Assembly (NCBI RefSeq): GCF_964204645.1
Contig: NC_134028.1
Span: 620,001-684,000 of the forward strand
Length of the DNA stretch: 64,000 nt
Source: Tubulanus polymorphus
Taxonomy: Eukaryota; Animalia; Nemertea
Reading direction: 5' to 3'
Both the position numbers and the translations under genes were made by a program. Numbering within the stretch: position 1 is the first letter of the stretch; every line of letters begins with the position of its first letter. The notes under the pieces were generated by a model that saw only the letters and a program-made list of their open reading frames with translations, had not been told where the DNA came from and searched no databases. Shown piece after piece: positions 30,787-44,519 of the stretch.

Positions 30787-31391
30787 ATTGGCACGCGCGC
30801 GCCTCTCGATTCCACCAGGTTCGAATCCCACATAGATCATCGAAATACATGTATTAGTTCGGACCTCTGCCGAGGTATGACGCCATAAACAAATGCCCGA
30901 CCTGTTGACCTGTGGTGGATTTCAATCGTCTGTCCTCGTGGCAGTCAAGTGTAAATGAGTCTCAAATTAAACAATAAAACAATAAACTCTCGATATTTAC
31001 AAACTGTGTTTATATATATTTTGTTTCCATTATAAATATGTTTATATTATTCATACAGGTTTATTTATATACACATGATTAATTAATAAAACATCCATCT
31101 TTCATGTCTTATTAATGTTGTATCTTCACGTTTTATTCTAATATCTTTCTGTTTCAATTGTTCGCAGTTTATAGAACAACAAATTACAAGAGTACTTTAC
31201 ATGTAATAAAACACAATCACATTGTGAGCACCATTAAGAATATACCAGTTTAAAGTTTCAAAACCTTATCATATAACCATATTCATATTCCAGTTTAAAG
31301 TTTAACAATTACAATGTGTAACTGCATTAAAACAATCAGTATTTCAATAGAAACTTAAGTGTTTAATGTTATAGATAATTTGGGTAATAAA

Positions 31392-31800
31392 ACTATGTTC
31401 CAGATGCAGCTGCCTGTCCCCGAGACATTGAGGCTATGTTCCAGATGCAGCTGCCTGTCCCTGAGACATTGAGCCTATGTTCCAGATGCAGCTGCCTGTC
31501 CCTGAGACATTGAGCCTATGTTCCAGATGCAGCTGCCTGTCCCAGAGACATTGAGCCTATGTTCCAGATGCAGCTGCCTGTCCCAGAGACATTGAGCCTA
31601 TGTTCCAGATGCAGCTGCCTGTCCCTGAGACATTGAGCCTATGTTCCAGATGCAGCTGCCTGTCCCAGAGACATTGAGCCTATGTTCCAGATGCAGCTGC
31701 CTGTCCCCGAGACATTGAGGCTATGTTCCAGATGCAGCTGCCTGTCCCTGAGACATTGAGCCTATGTTCCAGATGCAGCTGCCTGTCCCTGAGACATTGA
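31392..31800 (-). repeat. 41-bp tandem array made of the last FLCN codons including the stop
   Basis: About 10 copies of CTATGTTCCAGATGCAGCTGCCTGTCCCTGAGACATTGAGC (reverse strand reads [12 protein letters not shown]). Confidence 0.93.
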
Positions 31801-34429
31801 AGCTGAAAGCATATGTGTTTTATATTGTACACTTAATCCAGTCATCCAGTATTTGAGAACTCTTCGATCTTCCTCTTGAGCTCCGAGAACTTGTAACAGT
31901 TTCTTAGTTTCATCTTCAGTTCTATTTCCACCAGCTTTAGTGAACATGAATAACACTTTCACTTTACTGAAATATACACAAACATATAAACACAACACGA
32001 CCTAAATCGAATACAACTCAATCATCGATACTTACTTCATCCATTCCTCTTTTTGACAAATCAGACATTGAACGATGACCTCATTAGATAATTTATCATT
32101 CATCAGAGCAGCCTCCATCTTAGACAGGACAGTCGGACCTAATAATATACAACAATGCAGTTTAATCTGATTGTAATGATCGTGAGTAATCTGTTTGTGT
32201 GATTTGTGTAAATACCTCGTTCAGGAAGTTGTGCTTGTGAATGTAATGAATAAATTAACTGATTCACGTCAGGATTTTCGATATGATGCGATTGTTTTAT
32301 ATCCATCAATAAATAAAGTTCAGTTCGTAGAACGTGAGCAGGAATCACCGTATCCGGATACAATCCTAAAAAACTACATCTCCACGAGTCCTGATACTGA
32401 TCGCTGTAATACAGTATCTGACAGCAACCTTTAGGAAGCAGCATCTAAAAAAAATTCAAAAATATCATAGCTTCGCAGGTGACCTCTATAGGCGATCGCA
32501 GACATCACGAACAAACCTTCAAACAATCAATAATAGATCTGACGAGGTTCCTATTGTTCGATCTCAGGATGATTTGGTTTCCGATAACGACGTGATGAGC
32601 CAACAGATGAAACTTCTGGTAACCTAGCACCTGAAAAATACAAGCAATACAAGTGATACAATAGACTTATAGCCGGGTAAATCAAATAGAATGATAGAAT
32701 GAATTACTGAGAATACCTTTAACATGTGTTGTAGATTATTGAAATAAGGTTGTTCCTCATTACAATTAGATTCAATATCACTCGTATCTGTTACACTCAT
32801 TTTCTTAGTGAATACTTTAATAAATCCTTCATCAGTTTCTGCAATAACATAAAATTTCATATTCGTATTTTCAATTCAATTTACTAAGTGTAAGTCGTCA
32901 TTTGGAAATCATTAACATAATGACAGGGTCCGATCTAAGCACTTGTCCGATTGCACGGGACAAGTATATTCTCATCAGGGCTAGTAGGTAATCATTATCA
33001 CTTATCCCCCGGGCTAGTGCAATTTTATGGCACAAAGCTTTTTTTCCACTCGATACAACAAATGATAGTGCCACCGAGCGGACTGCCTGTGAAGGGCAAG
33101 TATTTTTTGGAGGGGACAAGCAATATTTCAGATATGCTTGCCCCTGGGCAATTGGCTTTCATTCCTTAGATCGGACCCAGAATAATCATGATAACTATAA
33201 CAATTTCAGTAGAGAACAAACAAACCTTCTTGTTTCTCTAGATCGACTATAGAATCCTCGGTAGGAGGTCCTTCCAGCAGTTTCTCAGTAAGTCTATTAC
33301 TACAAGCTTTTAGGATCCACGTGAATCTCAGATGAAGTTGACTGAAGATGTTTTTATCTCGTGTCAATTCGATCAGAGATCTCGCAGGTTTATTCTCCCC
33401 GCGATGTTGCCTGAAGTTCGCCGGATTCATACTAACCGCTAACCGGTGCGCCCTCTGGGGGCATTTAGCTTGCTCTTCCTCGTAAACTTTCGAAGCTTTC
33501 TCTTGTAAATGGTCGATGATTTCGCGGATGTGCTGAACTAAAAACGGCCACGAATTCAACAAATAAATCTTATCCATCATGACGACTAGAATACTATACC
33601 AGCGACTGAGTCCACGAGCGTGACTGTCTTTAATATAGAACGTATGAGAGAACACGTGACCTCTACTGTCATCGCCGAAAAAAAACGGTCCTTCTCGTCC
33701 GGGACAGACCTCACAACTGAGACTGCGTACGCACGCCTGACGCACCATACTGAATACCTGCGGGTGATCGGGATATTGATTACTGACGTAACTCACTTTA
33801 GCTTCGTGATCATTACTAATAAACCCCGGTTGAGTTGGTTCTAAAGACCTACAAGCCTGAAATAAATAAATACAAATATTCAAAACATCTTTCTCTTTTT
33901 ATAAAACTTTATCAGTGGTTCAGTTGTGACTTAGTTCAAGTGATGTTAAATGACTGATGTTGTTGTTAGACAGGCTATAGAACTGAGATGGTCTTAGACT
34001 GGTCTTGAATCTGACTGTAACCAGCTCCAGCAGTTGTTTAAACTTAACCAGCGGATAGTCGACATAGTGACAATTGAAGGTTCATTGTTACTATGGTATT
34101 TATCAGCTGGTTATCTTTAACCAACTGGCTGATGGTTTAACCCGACAGTTACAAACCTCACATAAATCAGCAGTTTTAACTTTTGTATGATTCAACATCG
34201 CCGCTGCAGCTCCCCCTGGTGGTGGTTGATCGTTATACGAGCTGGACGGAGACCGAGCTCCTCCTCTTTCCCGTACATAGTACGAGGCAGTAGAATCCTC
34301 ACGAGGAGAAGGAGGAACAGTACAATCTAACAGCTGGTGAGGATCCTGTGAGTGAAACGCTTGAGTACAGAATAAAACACTGGGTCCGTGAAGTTCACAG
34401 AAATGACATAATGAAATCACAGCGTTCAT
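31762..34429 (-). CDS. FLCN: Folliculin
   Basis: Exons 34429-34157, 33856-33226, 32838-32717, 32630-32517, 32444-32216, 32138-32036, 31966-31762. Hallmarks [95 protein letters not shown]. Confidence 0.96.
32924..33180. mobile_element. hAT-like MITE in FLCN intron
   Basis: TIRs CAGGGTCCGATCTAAG / CTTAGATCGGACCCAG; flanking 8-mers CATAATGA and AATAATCA look like a decayed 8-bp TSD. Confidence 0.7.
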
Positions 34430-35654
34430 CTTTACTATTATTACTACGGTACCGCACCAATACCAGTCACACACAGACACAGTCTCAGACTCAGGTCAGT
34501 GCTGCCTGCCTGCAACAAATACAAACATCATCAATCACACTGATTTATCTAAAGCAATAGTTTGAACTGTTAGGAAGAATATTTTACCTATCAGTCAAAT
34601 AGAAACGATCCTTGATTTGAAAAGCACTAAGGTTAGTAGTGGAAATTCGATGCGTAAATAACCAAAATAAATGGGAATGTCATAACCGGAGCAACGACCT
34701 TGATTTGCTGTGACCTTTAACCTAACCCAAATCTAGCCCCAAGATGTCGTGTACTTTGTGTCCCCACTGCTCACGATCTGTAGTAATTTGTTAAAGGAAA
34801 TCGATATCACATATTGGCGAGGTCAATACCAATTTTAGTGCTATGTTTGATAAAAACCTGGATCAAATCCGTTTAGTAGGGAATTATCCGCGCCCCGATG
34901 AATAGAGGATTCTACTTCCTGCCGCTGGGTGGTGCACCGGTCGAAAACTGCAGTTTTATATAGTCATTAGACATTATTGCATTGCGAATTGGTAAATCGA
35001 TCTTAAGCCGCGATGTCTGGTAATTTAAAAGTTTTAAACGATGATGCTGAATTTCAGGCTGAACTGAACAGCGCTGGTTCAAAACCAGTCGTCGTAGATT
35101 TGTTCGCAACCTGGTTAGTTGCCCGAAAGACCTGACCACCACCAAAAAACAAATAAACAAAAATCCATTCCGATTTTTCCATCAATCGGTGGTTCCTTTG
35201 ATAAACTATTTACAAATTGATTGAGATGTCAAGAAAAACATATGCCGTATTTGCTTTAACCCTAACCCTATCACTTAACCTCTGTGTACTAACAGATCTG
35301 TTTGTATTTGTTGATTTACCTGTAGGTGGCGCCCTTGTCATCAAATCGCGCCTGTTTTCGAAGGAGACGCCACCAAATATTCTAATGCCGTTTTTCTAAA
35401 AGTTGACGTCGATAAATTGACCGTAAGTCCATGAGAGACGGGTTCGACCGTACTTTAAGCTTCCAAAAAATCCGTCGTATTTTGCTTTAATGATTTATTG
35501 GTCGGTTTTTTAGGAAGTGACGAATCGGTACAATATCACAGCGATGCCGACCTTCACCTTCTTCAAAAACAAGGTCAAAGTCGAAAGGAAAACATCAAAA
35601 AGCATTATCAAGAGCCAGGAGAAAATGATGAAACAGTCGAAGTTTAAGGCCATG

Positions 35655-36605
35655 TAAGTTTGTGAAATACAGTAGACTCTGTCTCTTACTGCGGTAAAGT
35701 TGAGACCGGTAAAATTCTACCCCGAGTTGATGTCAAATACCGAGTAAGAGTTTGTGATATACAGTAGACTCTGTCTCTTACTGCGGTAAAGTTGAAACTG
35801 GTAAAATTCTACCCAGAGTCGGTGTCAAATACTGAGTAAGAGTTTGTGAAATACAGTAGACTCTGTCTCTTACTGCGGTAAAGTTGAGACTGGTAAAATT
35901 CTACCCTGAGTTGATGTCAAATACTGAGTAAGAGTTTGTGAAATACAGTAGACTCTGTCTCTTACTGCGGTAAAGTTGAGACTGGTAAAATTCTACCCCG
36001 AGTTGGTGTCAAATACTGAGTAAGAGTTTGTGAAATACAGTAGACTCTGTCTCTTACTGCGGTAAAGTTGAGGCTGGTAAAATTTTACCCAGAGTTGGAG
36101 TCAAATACTGAGTAAGAGTTTGTGATATACAGTAGACTCTGTCTATAACTGTGGTAAAGTTGAGACCGGTAAAATTCTACCCCGAGTTGGAGTCAAATAC
36201 TGAGTAAGAGTTTGTGATATACAGTAGACTCTGTCTCTTACTGCGGTAAAGTTGAGACCGGTAAAATTCTACCCAGAGTTGGAGTCAAATACTGAGTAAG
36301 AGTTTGTGAAATACAGTAGACTCTGTCTCTTACTGTGGTAAAGTTGAGACCGGTAAAATTCTACCCCGAGTTGATGTCAAATACCGAGTAAGAGTTTGTG
36401 ATATACAGTAGACTCTGTCTCTTACTGCGGTAAAGTTGAGACTGGTAAAATTCTACCCCGAGTTGATGTCAAATACTGAGTAAGAGTTTGTGATATACAG
36501 TAGACTCTGTCTCTTACTGCGGTAAAGTTGAGACTGGTAAAATTCTACCCCGAGTTGATGTCAAATACCGAGTAAGAGTTTGTGAAATACAGTAGACTCT
36601 GTCTC
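35655..36605. repeat. 92-bp intronic tandem array derived from a TA-CAGTAGACTC (Tc1/mariner-type) MITE end
   Basis: About 10 copies; TACAGTAGACTC also ends the element at 53334-53489. Confidence 0.9.
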
Positions 36606-36914
36606 ATTCCTCAGCTGTTAACTGATTGGCCAATTACGAATATTTAAGATTAAACTCATGAATATTCAAACATACCTCATCAATATTGAAATGAACCTCA
36701 TGAATATTTACAGATTGATTTATCCAAGATGATACAGATGAACGGTTTGGAATGTTTAAACGAATCGGACGATCATACGTTGAAACTCGTTCTCTCTCCT
36801 AAAGGCGGATATTTACAGTCGGACTGCGATGAACAGTTGATAATTTCCCTCGAATTCTCACAAACTGTACCGGTACATTTGTTAAAGATGTACGACCCAG
36901 ACAGTAAGAGACTC

Positions 36915-37480
36915 CAGCGTCCCTAAGACTCCTTGATTCCTTTAAACAGCGTCCCCATGAATCCTTGATTCCTTTAAACAGGGTCCCTAAGACTCCTTAA
37001 TTCCTTTAAACAGGGTCCCTAAGACTCCTTGATTCCTTTAAACAGGGTCCCTAAGACTCCTTGATTCCTTTAAACAGCGTCCCCATGAATCCTTGATTCC
37101 TTTAAACAGGGTCCCTAAGACTCCTTAATTCCTTTAAACAGGGTCCCTAAGACTCCTTAATTCCTTTAAACAGGGTCCCTAAGACTCCTTGATTCCTTTA
37201 AACAGGGTCCCTATGACTCCTTAATTCCTTTAAACAGGGTCCCTAAGACTCCTTGATTCCTTTAAACAGCGTCCCCATGACTACTTAATTCCTTTAAACA
37301 GGGTCCCTATGACTCCTTGATTCCTTTAAACAGGGTCCCTAAGACTCCTTGATTCCTTTAAACAGGGTCCCTAAGACTCCTTGATTCCTTTAAAACAGGG
37401 TCCCTAAGACTCCTTGATTCCTTTAAACAGGGTCCCTAAGACTCCTTGATTCCTTTAAAACAGGGTCCCCATGTCTCCTT
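36915..37480. repeat. 32-bp intronic minisatellite (CAGGGTCCCTAAGACTCCTTGATTCCTTTAAA)n
   Basis: About 17 copies filling most of the intron. Confidence 0.95.
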
Positions 37481-38553
37481 GAAAGTTTCTGCCTTAAAAC
37501 TCCTTACATTCAAACTCAAATTATTCAACTGAATTTTTCAGATGGAACTGCAGCAAAAACGATTAAACTTTTCACGACTCAACCGCAAACTTAAGACTTC
37601 GACTCGGCAGAGAGTATGGACGCAATTCAGAAAATACGGTAAGTTTTAAACGTTTGTCCCCTCCCCCAATCTCTCTCCCTGAGTCTCCCCATCTCTCTCT
37701 CTCTTCCTGAGTCTCTTTCATCTTGTTTCTTTTTGATCGCAGATTGACCCTGGATGATGTAAAAGAAGGAACTGTAATACCGCTACGATACGTCAAATTC
37801 AAAAATGTTTCCACCGTTTCGGTGAGAATGAAAATCATCATAAGTTTCAAATGCCGACGAAGGCGCCCGTCGTAAGATTGTTTTTTTCGTCGCCCGGTGA
37901 AGATCGATTTTAAGATTGTTATTTTCAAGATGGTTTCGTCAGATGTTATTTCCATTGGTGAAGATCTTTATTTTCGCGATGATGTTTTCGTTAACGGGTG
38001 AAGATTATTATTTTCGTCGACCAGCATAGATCAATTTTAAGATGTTATTCTCAAGATGGTTTTGTCAGATGTTATTTCCATTGGTGAAGATCTTTATTTT
38101 CGCGTAATTTAGATAAATGACGCTGATGATGCCGACAACGGATGCGGTTGCTGCGGCAACGCAAATGATGATAACAATGATGATTATGATGATTATTTAA
38201 CCGAGGAGGAAGAACATGAATTTATTAAAACGCGTTTTCAAATGATTTTAATGAGGTTTAATATTGAATATAGACAACCGAGTTTCTTAGGTCATTATTT
38301 CTCCCTGCCCTAGTAGAGTTTATAAACAAATTTCCGAAAGGGTTGATTTATGAGGATATTTGGTGGATGTTAGGCTCCCCCTTCCTTCTCCATTCAGATT
38401 AGATATTTTTGAAATTTACATTTTTCTTATGGCCACTTACGTTTTGTAAAATTGTGTTATTGTTTATTTCACGTATGTTAAGATATTTCAGTCACGGATT
38501 TATTTGGAATTTCAACCTGAATTGAGACAATGAATTCTGAGATATTTTCACCA

Positions 38554-38709
38554 TCTGTGGAACCTCGTTTTAACAATTTATCAGTTATTACAAAACTAGA
38601 ATTTCATTCCAGATAAGACAAAATCAATTTTTTCCACACTTGATATAACGAATTATAATTAACAGATTTTCTGGTGCCCTGAAGTTCGTTGCAACGAGGT
38701 TCCGCTGTA
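38554..38709. mobile_element. pogo/Tigger-like MITE
   Basis: Inverted ends CTGTGGAACCTCGTT / AACGAGGTTCCGCTGTA with internal GATATAACGAA. Confidence 0.6.
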
Positions 38710-40524
38710 TAATTTCCTAGATTCTAAGAATGTTTTACAGACTTATCGACGACAATGATTAACCACTAAGAAATACTTTCTTTTTATTATTTCAGGTGGC
38801 AGGAAAGAAAGGCAAGAGTCATTGATGGCGAGGGTCAATATGCAACGTACATTATTTCACCAAGCAACAAAGATTAGGAACTTAAGGGATTAATTTCACC
38901 AGAGAAATGTGACCACATTACAACAGCGAGCGTATGAATTTGTGCGAGGCAAATTGAAAATAACCACTTTTATTGCATTGTGATTAATAAACTCAATATT
39001 ATCATTATCATTTACTGAATGGTTTTTCTTTTGAGTTTATATTTCTTCTATCAGAGAGGACCGGCATCAATGATGACGTGATTTTTGTAGGCTTAAGCAA
39101 AATTTAACACTTAATGTGGAAAAAAAGTGGCAGGTGGCAGTTTTTCACTTAGTGAATTGCATCAATGCCTAATCATGACTTGTCTGACTTATCACAACTA
39201 GTATCCTCATGGACAGACTGACCCTGTACGCATGATTTGATACCGCCATACTCTGACCAAAATCAAAAATTGGGATAAGAGTAAATTGGAACATCAAGAA
39301 ACGAAATTCTAATATGGACTTTCCTAAATGTACATGATGATGTACCGTTTAATCTCCAGTTGAGTATCAAAATTAAAGAAAACAATTTGTTTTTTTTTTA
39401 AATTATGAGTGGTAAGCATGAAGTTTTTGGCAGAATTTCAGAGGATCGGTGCTCCAAGTAATTAAAAATGCCTCATATATCTCCCCTCAATTGAATCGAG
39501 GAGTTTTTTTTAATGAAAATCTGTCTATTGACGGGATTCTGTGATAACAGTATGAATGATGAATAACCGTGAATACATGGTATTAGTGGGTTTTCCCCCA
39601 ATGACTCAAATAGACCGCTTTCCTCGTGCATGTGAGGTAGTTATCTCGGGGTGCATGAACTGTCCGTGACTAATAAACTAATTTCATTAGTAAATTTACG
39701 CGGTTTCTATGATATGAACCCTGTGTTGGTGTGAATCTTTAACTGGAAGTGCTATCGGTCGGTATAATTTATAAATTATTCTAGAATTTAAGAAAAAAAA
39801 AACAGGAAACATAAATTCGGAAGTAGCTGTCGGGAATCAAGTAATTTATTTCATGGCCTTATTAAAGTTCCTCCACTATATTGTTCAGCTGACTACTGGC
39901 GCGTATTCAACCCGGCGGTGGAACCTCATAATGTAATCCATTCAACAATAGAGACACAATTGCGGTCTTTCAGAGTTGTTGATAGCATTCATACGCGCTA
40001 TTGAATACGTCACCGGCTGACCACGGTGTACACACAAGCATAGACCATTCACCTCTGCACACTCACACTGTGAACATGCTACCGTGGATTCTCCTCCTGG
40101 CGATTTTCGCTCCGCTCCCGCTCCTGCTCCTGTTCCTGCTTCCTGAGGAACGACGTCTTTATGTTTTATGTGTTACTGTTCGTCTCTGTACTGTCCTGTA
40201 CTGTTCTGTGTTAATTAATCCGTTCTATTTTTCAGCAATTAACCCGTTTTATTTTTCAGGGCCGATTCCTCTGTCGAATTTCAACGTTTGCTGGAACAAA
40301 ACTAATGTCCGAAAGCGTCGGCCCTCCTTCGCCGGTCATGGGTCGAGGATGTCAGACAAAGAGTCGGTCAGGAAATTCTGCCCTCTGCACGCCCTCATAC
40401 GGAACACGAAAACCAGGATGACGAGGCCTCACTGCCCCCACCTATCTACAAAGTGTGCTGAGTGATGTCAATGACGGGCATATCTGCGGGATTGCGCGGG
40501 ATACAAATGGAGCGGTTATACTGG

Positions 40525-40805
40525 ATTGTCACGCTACTAGCATTCATTGTGTCCTTGTGACCACCCGGATGAGGGATGATTCTACTGTCACGCTCTTTGT
40601 TTCTGGTATTCTGAGTCGGCTGAGGGATGATTCTACTGTCACGCTCTTTGATTTCTAGTTTGAGTGCTAGTTTTCATTGTGTCCTTGTGATAACCTCGGT
40701 CAGTGGATGAAGTCTCTCGTCGGCTTGTGAGTGCTAGTTTCATTGTGTCCTTGTGATAACCTCGGTCAGTGGATGAAGTCTCTTGTCACGCTTTTGAGTG
40801 CTAGT
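40525..40805. repeat. Degenerate ~65-bp tandem repeat (GCTAGTTTCATTGTGTCCTTGTGA...)
   Basis: 3-4 interleaved copies. Confidence 0.75.
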
Positions 40806-41559
40806 TGAGATCCTGAATCTCAACCCGGTCAAGCTGGTTGTACTGCACTATTTGTGTTTCGTGCAATTTTACAGGTGTGTCCGTTACTGACGTCGCCCAG
40901 TACATCCTGCAGTTAGATGGGGAATGTGAGGCGTTGTCATCCTGGTTTTCGCATTCTGTGTGAGGGCGTGTAGAGGGCAGTATATTCCTGGCTGGCTCAT
41001 TGTCTGGTGTTCTCGGCATGTGACCGACAACGGAGAGCTTAAAAGCTTTCGGACATTAGTTTTGTTCCGTACCAGGTTTTCATCACTCTTCTCTTTTTTT
41101 TTATTTCAGGATTCCCAAGATGAAGAAGAAGATGCTGAAGGCGACTACAAAGAAGACTATGCCGAAAAAAGAACACTGAACTCAGCAATATTGAAAGTTA
41201 AGTTGATACACATGTAAATTACGATGTATGATACAGAAAGGATTGTGTAACTACAGAATATCATTCTTTTACTCATTTCAGCTAAACTAAATCTGGAAAG
41301 GCCCAGCGTGATATCAACCTAAAATCTACCCACCAGAAGTGACCACAAAAGACTCCACCTTGAATAAACCAACCACCGAGAGACCTGCTGCAACCGAACC
41401 TGGCAGTCTTGACCTCATTCTGCATAAGCAACAGGAATGCATACATACTGGGACATAAAGCTAAGTTGATTATTCATACCTGGAGCAAAATGCATAGGCA
41501 CTGGAAAGGATAGAGACGCTGGTCCAACTCGGCATCGTGGCCGGTATATTGTTGATAGT

Positions 41560-44340
41560 AAAATGAAATATAACTAGGGCAATGATTGCTTAAATATTTA
41601 CACTATTAGACGAAATCAATGAGTGAGGTCCCTTATATATATATATATATATATATATGTACAATTAAGATAAATTCAATATCTTATGTGACATTTGAAA
41701 TTTTTCGAATGTACCGTAGATATTTCAGGCCTCATATGACTATTGTTTAACTGACAATCAAGATATAGAGATAGGACAATTTACTAATTAACCAATCGCT
41801 TAGATATTAGCAATCATTCAATACTTATAATGTTTGATAAAAAATTTTTCTGGTCTAGATATTTTAGGGCCCCGTTTACATAAAGGCTGGCTTTACTTGT
41901 AAAGATATATATCAATTAAACTTTATCGTCGGTTAATAGATTTTTTTACAAATAGTTTATTGATACATTTATAAACATTCAGGCACTTTACAGTATATAT
42001 TATATGCTGCTTTACCCATTGCATTAATGAATTTCTGGGGGAAAGATGTATAAAATAGTGTCTAGGGCTCTATCGAGATCTGGTGTAATATGGGGAAAAC
42101 TATGGACTGTGCATCTTTTAGAAACTATGATTACGTCTCAGCACTTTGACAAATCTAGAATGAAACAAAGCTTAAATTGATTCAAATCATTCCCCAGAGC
42201 CATACTCTGTGCCTTGTTTTGCGCTATGATTATTGATTAACTGACAATTATCATATATATAGCTTGGACAAATTGCTCATTAACAAATGGCTTAGATATC
42301 CATAATTAAGATTCCACAATCAATATTTCATGTAAGATCAAAAACTATATGTAATACAGGTCCATAATATAAATGTCGTTAAACTGAAAATTAAATATAG
42401 CTGATATATGTATGAGCACATCTGAATCAGTTTCATCGACTGATCAGTACTTGCATCTCAAACTGCCGTACTTACGGCGACTGGTCATGCTGTTCAATAT
42501 TGCCAAAATTTACCAAAACTTAACTGATTCAAATAATATCTAAAAGACACACTGTGTGTCGAGTGACGCATAATAGATGTAGTTTAACTGACAATTAGAA
42601 TATAGCTTGAATTACTCATTAACGTATTACTAAGATATCTACAATTAAGGTATATTCAATTGTTATGTGAAAATATTTTTAATTCAGGTCCATGGTCATT
42701 TAAAGCTGATACATGTGTATCTGAGCACATTTATTTATCTGTATCTAATGAACCTATTGTGTCTTCATACAGCTGTATTAACGCAGATTTACTTCCGATC
42801 GAAGGGAGATAAAACAAATCTGTGCACAAATACATTCCTGAATTTGGAAGGGGGATTATTTCAATTTCACTGTGTATGTCAGATTGAGAGCCTTATTCTG
42901 ACAGGATATCCTAAACTTAGGTCTTATTCCTCTTGCTAATAGCTCTCTTTTACTAACCCCTCTCCTTCAAACTATTTTCTAGCATCATGACTCGCACCGC
43001 ACCAGGGAGGTCCGGTCATAACAAGGTCTTTTGGTCCTTATACACAGTGTACTATATAAGGTAAATAAAGATTATATAGCAATTCGTTTAAGGGAGTTTC
43101 TAATTTACCACTAAAAATGTGCTATATTTATCTTTAATTTCTGATGAATTCAAATAGTGACGAATTCACCACATCTGAAATTCTACTCATGTAGATTTTC
43201 AGGCTCCATATAAATATTGTTCAACTGACAATTAAAATATAGCTAGTATGATTACTAATTAATGGTTCGCTTAGATACCTAGAATTTAATTAAAATTAAT
43301 TCAATGTAATGAATATAAGTGAAACTTATTCAAAATTTCACAGTGGATGAGACGACTGTATTGCGCAATGTCATCTGCGTCTAACTGGGCCACATGTGTG
43401 TGTGTGTGGGATCTGTTGAATCAGTTAGGTTTTGGAGGATTCTGGGTTAGTTAAGCTAGGTATCAAAAGCTCTGATGCAAAATCAGCGGTTCAAATAGTG
43501 ATTAATTCAAATTCGTACCAGATCTGAAATTCTTCTCGTGTAGAAATTTCAAGCCCCATATAAAATATTGTCCGAGACAATTTCAATTATAGCTAGGACA
43601 TTAAGGACATTATCAATTAACTAATTGATTTGGTATCCAATTCAGCATCTTAATATAAGGCAAAAGTGCTCAAATCTAAACCATAGGGGTTGATAAGACA
43701 ACTGTTTTATTTAATATTGATTGATATATAAAGAATACTGGGTATGTTTTAACTCTGTCTCTTGTGCGTGGGATTTATTGAATCTTTAAGGCTTTGCAGA
43801 ATTCTGGATTTGTCGAGTTGTGGGAATGATTCGAGGTTTCTTAAATCTGTAGAACCATGTTACTTATAGGATCAGTGTGCTCAATGCTGGCAGCGCACTC
43901 ACTCTTCAGTTAGTTATATTATCATAATTACAAAATCATTGTATATATTAGGAGCAATATTTAGAATTAATGAAATGGATTAGAATACCATTCACTGGGT
44001 ACAGATGTCGCCATCTGTGGGTAGAAAACATCTCTTAAGTTTATTAACTGACGATGAAGAAAACTTGATAATACGAACATGGTTTAGCTGACAATCGAAA
44101 TATATATAGGCCAATATTACTAGCAGGTTTGCACTGTATGATGGGCCTGGGTTTCAATAAAAAACACATCAAGAATTTCAAGAAGATAGAAGAGAAAACA
44201 GTTCAAAAACGATTTGATAAGATTGATTATGCATTACTAAATTTGTTGTAACTCTGGTATTCCTAGAGATGACTATAGATGCTTTAGTTGAATTGTTGTT
44301 AAACTATAATAATCAACCATTGCTTAGATATTTAGGATAT
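41560..44340. repeat. Old, highly diverged long-period repeat (core TTTAACTGACAATT..ATATAGCT..GCTTAGATAT)
   Basis: Core recurs at about 41745, 42235, 42582, 43218, 43570 and 44085. Confidence 0.7.
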
Positions 44341-44519
44341 AGATGAATTACTATATGCGTTGAATTTCATAAATATCATTTAAGACTATTATTAAAATCT
44401 ATGTAGCTTGCCGTTTCAGACTGATTGGAAGATAGTTTGAATGAACCGGAATCAAATTTCCCAATTATGTACTCCGATTTCAGACATACTCGAGAAAAAC
44501 TACAATAAACTTTAAAAAA

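Larger units (their letters stand above)
35013..38825 (+). pseudogene. TXNL1: Unprocessed thioredoxin-like protein 1 (Trx + PITH) pseudogene
   Basis: Exons 35013-35113, 35326-35422, 35514-35653, 36714-36903, 37542-37638, 37743-37821, 38796-38825 (ECLNESDDH, SDCDEQL, PLRYVKF, VAGKKGKSH*). WCGPC reads WWRPC; deletion/frameshift near 35585; TAA at 35645 and 37592; penultimate exon not found. Confidence 0.88.

Noticed and set aside
35645-37594. Stop-codon recoding (selenocysteine or readthrough) rescuing TXNL1
   Set aside because: The stops are TAA, not TGA, and come with a frameshift, active-site loss and exon loss; neighbouring genes use TAA as a normal stop
40001-40465. 154-aa ORF with a signal-peptide-like stretch
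   Set aside because: Hydrophobicity comes from CT-rich low complexity and polypyrimidine/acceptor sequence; no recognisable domain
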